Source: Catajapyx aquilonaris (Eukaryota). Taken from it: a stretch of DNA of 29,766 bases. Positions 24,920 to 29,766 of this stretch are shown piece by piece. The DNA is taken from NCBI GenBank assembly GCA_000934665.2, contig JYFJ02001156.1, positions 62,001 to 91,766 on the forward strand. The letters are read 5' to 3'. Position 1 is the first letter of the stretch, and each line of letters starts with the position of its first letter. Below the pieces are notes generated by a model. The model ran no database searches and had not been told where the DNA came from. It was given only the letters and a program-made list of their open reading frames with translations. Position numbers and translations under genes: made by a program.

Positions 24920-25030
24920 CCTTGAAATTTGAAGGACCGGAGAATTTGGCGAAATAAAACGGACTGTGCAAAAATCCGGAGTAAAAACCGACAGGTCAAG
25001 GTTATTCTATACGACGGGTGACACGACAGC
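24920..25030 (-). other. sqh: Probable non-coding first (5' UTR) exon of sqh; 5' boundary approximate
   Basis: The sqh ATG is immediately preceded by an acceptor (minus strand ...gtacttccag|ATG), which suggests an upstream exon. A strong donor CAAGG|GTGAGT lies at 24920/24919. Splicing gives ...AGG-ATG with A at -3. Confidence 0.65.
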
Positions 25031-25586
25031 CATGTTTGTGCTAGTCACGTATGATTTACGTCCCATATTTTTTATCTAGATATTTTAACATTATGGCAAC
25101 TTTAATTTTAAGATTCATTACGTTAAAATTTTATAACAGTTTGATGCTAATTAGCCGTTGGATGTGACAAGATGGCGGTCATTTTACGGATGACTGTATC
25201 TGCTTATTCGTTATTCGCAAAGTTCGAACACCACACCCAGGGAACTGGCGGGAAAAAGTCAAACTTACTTGATACAGTACTGTCCCAGCCAGTAAATTAT
25301 TTAATAAATAGTCATGTACCCGTTATGATACGTAAATAATCTAGCATAAACAGCATATATTACATGTCCAAAAATGGGATTTTCTCATCATCGTACTGTG
25401 GGCACCACGGTTGGCACCCTTGCCAAGCGCCGCCATCTTTATTTTATTCGCCGGCGAAATATTTTTTCGTCTCGTTTTTATTTCCTGCTCAAGTTTGTAG
25501 CACATTTTATTTGGTTCTCTAGAAGTGTAGGCGGGGTGCTCAAGGCCTGTGTACAACCCAGGGAGACACCCTGAGGACACCCGGAG
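25030..25586. promoter_or_regulatory. Bidirectional promoter region between sqh and RPB7
   Basis: The genes are divergent. Motifs: YY1 AAGATGGCGG (25169-25178) and GCCGCCATCTT (25429-25439) in opposite orientations; E2F TGGCGGGAAA (25246-25255); CArG CCAAAAATGG (25368-25377). Confidence 0.7.
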
Positions 25587-27353
25587 ATGTTTTACCATGT
25601 GAGTTAAAAGTCCAGGGAGGTTCACAGTGTGTTGCTGCATTTGCAATGAAACTTGTTGGAATGAAGGTGTGGGGCCTAATCATCATAATTGCAGATATCG
25701 TTGGAGTATGAGATCCTGCTGCATCCACGCTTCTTCGGTCCGCAGTTACTGGACACTGTGAAGCAAAAACTGTTTGCCGAAGTTGAAGGGACATGCACTG
25801 GCAAGTGAGTTTGACATCAAGTCATATGTCGTTAAGGAAGGAGATGGGCAATTATGGCACTGTACTTCTTCTACTCCAGGTATGGGTTTGTCATTGCGGT
25901 CACCACCATCGACAATGTTGGAGCCGGGATAATACAGCCGGGGCAAGGGTTTGTGGTGTACCCTGTCAAGTACAAGGCCATAGTGTTCCGGCCCTTCAAG
26001 GGAGAGGTTCTGGATGCCATCGTTACGCAGGTCAACAAGGTCAGGATGCCTGTTGATGATCTTTTCTGACATTGCTTCTCAGTTCTCAGTATTAGGCCGT
26101 GTTAGCGATGAAACCAATTGTTTGTGGCGAAAGTAACACTCGCATATCACTCCCAAACAATTTACGTTTACAAGTGAGCGATTTGATCAGCAATATGCAG
26201 CGGTGAATTGATTTCATTGCAGCATATTGCTGATCAAATCGCGTACAGGTAAACGTAGCCTTATTTTATGGTTTATTCTCACACACAAAATGAAGCTGTT
26301 CATATTGAGAAATGCTTGTATCAATTCAGAAGTTACACCTTCTGAAAATTAGAGGTACAAGATGATCTTTGCGTTCTCTGTAATTGAATTCAACTAATCA
26401 TTTGAATATTTGAGTTGAAAAAGGTCAAGTACTTTGAAAGTTTTCAGTTTTCTAATCATTGGGTAATGTGTATCTATGGTATTATTAATGTGCAGGTCGG
26501 AATGTTTGCTGAGATTGGGCCTCTCTCCTGCTTCATCTCGCGTCATGTAAGTGCAGAAATGTTTTATTACTGCTTTACATTTAAAATGTTTAATACCAGT
26601 ATGACTTGCAAGAGTATGTACATAAACTTGATAATGGATTTATTTTGCAGTCGATTCCACCAGACATGGATTTTGACCCTAATTATAATCCAGCTTGCTA
26701 CAAGACTGAAGATGAGGTAAATACATGCATCGCACAACACTGCCTACTGGACTAGAGCATTTTAAATTGTTATATATTATTTTTCCCAGGACATGGTAAT
26801 CAAACAGGATGATGATATCAGGTTGAAGGTCGTAGGAACACGTGTTGATGCCTCAGGAATTGTAAGCTTCAGAGTTTATTTTGTGTAATGTCTGGTACAT
26901 TGATATTTTCTTATATACTCAATGTGTAAAAACCCTCTCATTTTACAAAAAAATACTTTTTAAACTTTTGTGGAAGGACTACTAAAGTGTGGCTGATGTT
27001 GCATTAATATTCACCAGTGAACACCTGTGCTGACAATTACTAATGAATTTTATTATTTCATTGCAGTTTGCTATTGGCACTCTGATGGATGACTATTTAG
27101 GTAATGAGCTGCTTTGTGTACTTATGACTGAACCAAGCCCTTCTGGAGTTCTGATATTACCTTTTGTCTGCATTCCACCCCTCTCCCCTTCCCAAAAGCA
27201 TGGCGGATGTCATGCCATACATACATATGAAATTCCTTGGAAGTTAGCACATTCAGGACACGACAACTTTCATTGCTCCAAGTTGCATTTCAATAATTTT
27301 TGCCATGAGGAAACTGATGTGTGCACTTCTCTTTTTCAGGTCTGATTAACTGA
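25587..27353 (+). CDS. POLR2G: DNA-directed RNA polymerase II subunit RPB7, 172 aa; coding exons join(25587..25598,25695..25804,25880..26039,26496..26546,26651..26716,26790..26861,27067..27100,27340..27353)
   Basis: Eight exons (12+110+160+51+66+72+34+14 = 519 nt), all GT..AG and phase-compatible, give [172 protein letters not shown], a clear RPB7 sequence. Confidence 0.97.
26163..26257. repeat. Long inverted repeat/hairpin in RPB7 intron 3
   Basis: Perfect 21-bp stem GCGATTTGATCAGCAATATGC (26178-26198) / GCATATTGCTGATCAAATCGC (26222-26242). Outer stem TACGTTTAC/GTAAACGTA; inner G-U-containing extension closing a ~5 nt loop. Confidence 0.85.
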
Positions 27354-27649
27354 AGGAGGTGTGGCTGTCGGTGCACAGTTACACCCGGCTGTGATTCATT
27401 AGTTTTATTTCCGTCTCTCTCGTATGCGTGTCCGATAGGAACAGGGCAGCGTGACGTGGCATTTATTTAAGTAAAGCTGAATGGTGATGCGTAAGTGAGG
27501 CATGGACAGGAGAGAGACATGCTCAGTGACACCCGGTGGTGCGTGTTTGCCATTTTTGTCACCTGACACTGTGAGAGGACAAAAACCACAGGCACTGACA
27601 TGCGATGCAAATGCAGACAAAGTGTCACAAGTGTTCTTGATTGCGGATT

Positions 27650-27655
27650 AATAAA
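27650..27655 (+). terminator. Candidate polyadenylation signal (AATAAA) for RPB7
   Basis: First AATAAA I found after the stop, ~300 nt downstream. Confidence 0.55.
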
Positions 27656-27957
27656 GTTCGAGCCAACTGATTCTATCCTGGTAAAGAGTCATGTCATTTA
27701 TGATGCGATTTGAGAGGTTTTCATTGGGAGGTTTTCCCATCTCTTATCACAATCAATATCCATCATTACTGAATATGAATTAATTGAGTCTGTAATTGAA
27801 AATAGTCCATAGGACACCACAGGTTAACAATGACACAAGGTTGCAAAATTCAGGTGGAAATAATATTTTAAAATTTATTTGCCCGTTGTCTTGGTGTTCA
27901 GAGGTTATCGGTTCCTGCTGCTTCCTCTGTGCTATTTATTACTGCAGTGGATGGATT

Positions 27958-28181
27958 TTAAAATATTTGTCCGGATGGTAAGTTTGCACTTCAGACTTTA
28001 ATCTGGAGTGCAAATCGCTTACTTGGAGTGCGTAATTTTTAATTACTGGGTTTAGCCGTGTTTAAAAGCAGAGCCAATAATTGGAGTGCAAGCTTTGCAC
28101 TCCAAGGCTCAGTTTGGAGCGCAGATGACAATTTTGGAGTGCAAATTATTGCACCTTTGCATCCAAATATTTTGACCCCTG
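27958..28181. mobile_element. Degenerate non-autonomous DNA element with repeated (TT)GGAGTGCAA/TTGCACTCC subunits
   Basis: About 7 copies of a GGAGTGC-type motif in both orientations. Hairpins at 27983-28014 and 28081-28105 (TTGGAGTGCAA-gct-TTGCACTCCAA). Right end CATCCAAATATTTTGACCCCTG with a partial left counterpart AAAATATTTGtccGGATG. Confidence 0.55.
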
Positions 28182-28465
28182 CATTAGTGTCATTTTAAAA
28201 ATATGCACAGGACATGGAGGAAATGAAATTAGAAAATAAAATTGAGCGTACTCCAATCTACTGCATCTTTCTGTTCCAGCTTGATCAATTATTTATCAAT
28301 GCCTGACGCAGGTGTTGGAACTTCTGAATTCATTGAAATGAACTGGGTCAACTGTTACAACTCTCTAAAGTATTATTAGCTGGTACTGTACAGTACTAGG
28401 ATAGTACTCTGGCATTGAAGCTCAATCGGTGAATTCTCGAAAAATTTGGGCATCACAGCCTGTGA

Positions 28466-29031
28466 GTCAAGGACTGCATCCCAATTTTTCAGAAACTGGA
28501 GCCCTTGGGAATTGCCAAGTGCATGGAAAGTGCTGGACAAGATGACAGGTTCCCAAGGGTGGTCTGCAGCTGGACCATCTTGATTCCGTGTCTGTACAGC
28601 ACCATCGACTTGTACAACTGGTGCGGGACTGTCCCAACCGGTGAAGCTGTTGGCAGGTTCTATGCCCGAACAGTGTTGACCCTGCACAGAGTGTTGCGTC
28701 CTCACCTGAAGAGGTTCACCATCCGTGGCAGGTGGACGCTGGATTTCTGCAGCTCTACGTGGACAACTATGACTACGCCTTTTTGCTCGTTGGCCGACGG
28801 ACAGCTCGTGCCACTGGGAGGATCTAAGAGGTGGACGTGGACCTCAAGAATCAGCAGATGGTGGGACCACTGTTGCTGTTGGGAGCAGGTATGGCCATTT
28901 CTGCCTGCCAGCTCGTTGCTGAGGGAGTGCATCACCTCAGTGGGAAAGGAAAGAAGGTCCATGTTCATCAAGTAACTATGCAATCACTATCCATGTACTT
29001 GATCAGTAAGAATCTAGAAAATTTTACTTGA
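28466..29031 (+). pseudogene. Disrupted divergent ionotropic receptor (IR / iGluR-like) C-terminal fragment: S2 ligand-binding lobe plus last TM helix
   Basis: Frame 1 reads ..PIFQKLEPLGIAKCME..WCGTVPTGEAVGRFYARTVLTLHRVLRPHLKRFTI. After a frameshift at ~28725, frame 2 reads WQVDAGFLQLYVDNYDY..GRI*(TAA 28825-28827)EVDVDLKNQQMVGPLLLLGAGMAISACQLVAEGVHH. The pattern resembles the IR consensus 'SPL..FN..I.RL.EaGLl..W' followed by 'L.L....G.F.LL..G...S...F..E'. Confidence 0.6.
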
Positions 29032-29635
29032 GGAACATGATTCGGGTAATTATAATTTCCATTCATCCTCCAAAATGCAGGATGGTCAAGGTTTGTCTGT
29101 CTTAAAAACACTAGCAAGTAACTCCAGACTAAGATTCGATTCCACATTGGAGTAAAGGTCATTATTGTGTCATTATGGTTACCAGAACTGTGCAATTTAG
29201 GTGGATGGGGAACCTACCTTCTTTTACCTGAAACAAGATTGGCAAATCACGTAAGCGTGATTAGAGTAGTCTTTTTCATGTTTACTGCTATTGTCCCCAA
29301 CGTCCGTCACGGGACTGGGACTGAAACTTAAGGTAGTTCTTGCGCTTGGAAACGGAGGGCAGGGGGTGGGGTGTTGAGCCTATGTTTATACATGGGACGA
29401 GCTGGCCAATACCAACTTCTGCGATTGTAAGACGTTTCTGCTAGTATTTCTCTGTAACAGAGTTTTGAGTACGTGTTTTGCGTCGGATACGTTACGTGAA
29501 CATTTATTTGGGGGATAATAATTCCCTCGTGCACTTTTGTCCCGGAGAAGAGCAGAAATATGGCTGTTCCAAATACCGGAAAAAGTGCGATAAATCCGAC
29601 AACGTTGTATACGTTGGTACCCCTTATCAACAACG

Positions 29636-29757
29636 TATCGATGTTTCGATGTATCGATATTTCCCCCCTGCGATATATCGAGTTCTTGACCCCGATTATT
29701 ACATCGATATTTTAATAAAATTACAGTGATTTGAGCTTATCAGACATCGATATTTTA
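29636..29757. repeat. Cluster of ATCGAT / DRE-like motifs (transposon subterminal repeats or DREF-type promoter)
   Basis: TATCGATG 29636-29643, TATCGATA 29652-29659, CGATATATCG 29671-29680, and direct repeat ACATCGATATTTTA at 29701-29714 and 29744-29757. Confidence 0.55.
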
Positions 29758-29766
29758 TAAATAAAC

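Noticed and set aside
26052..26070. TGATGA..CTGA box C/D-like pair in RPB7 intron 3
   Set aside because: The boxes are only a few nt apart, too short for a snoRNA.
27043..27345. 100-aa ORF extending RPB7 exon 7 (…DDYLGNELL…)
   Set aside because: Read-through into intron 7. The canonical donor at 27101 and exon 8 restore the conserved GLIN* C-terminus.
27886..27981. Hydrophobic peptide (VIGSCCFLCAIYYCSGWILKYL) as a possible upstream TM of the IR relic
   Set aside because: Similarity is weak and part of it overlaps the left end of the repeat element.
1..29766. CRISPR array, rRNA, operon or prokaryotic defence system
   Set aside because: The sequence is eukaryotic with spliceosomal introns, and I saw no regularly spaced repeat-spacer array or rRNA-like sequence.

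Overview
This is eukaryotic (animal) genomic DNA, most likely arthropod. The basis is a non-muscle myosin regulatory light chain that closely resembles Drosophila Spaghetti squash as I recall it, plus an ionotropic-receptor-like relic. Two intact spliced housekeeping genes lie head-to-head near the right end. The first is a sqh/MYL12-type myosin regulatory light chain (minus strand, 3 coding exons, 174 aa, 23580-24520). The second is RNA polymerase II subunit RPB7/POLR2G (plus strand, 8 coding exons, 172 aa, 25587-27353). They share a ~1 kb interval carrying YY1, E2F and CArG motifs. Two fossil coding sequences not evident from the ORF track are also present: a frameshifted pogo/Tigger DDE transposase remnant (minus, ~22500-22835) and a disrupted divergent ionotropic receptor (IR/iGluR-like) C-terminal fragment (plus, ~28466-29031). 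In the first ~22 kb I found no recognisable protein-coding gene, only MITE-like inverted-repeat elements, simple repeats and candidate cis-regulatory motif clusters. I see no convincing new multi-gene system. The best leads are the IR pseudogene, a long intronic hairpin in RPB7, the bidirectional promoter and a few candidate unannotated promoters/small transcripts.
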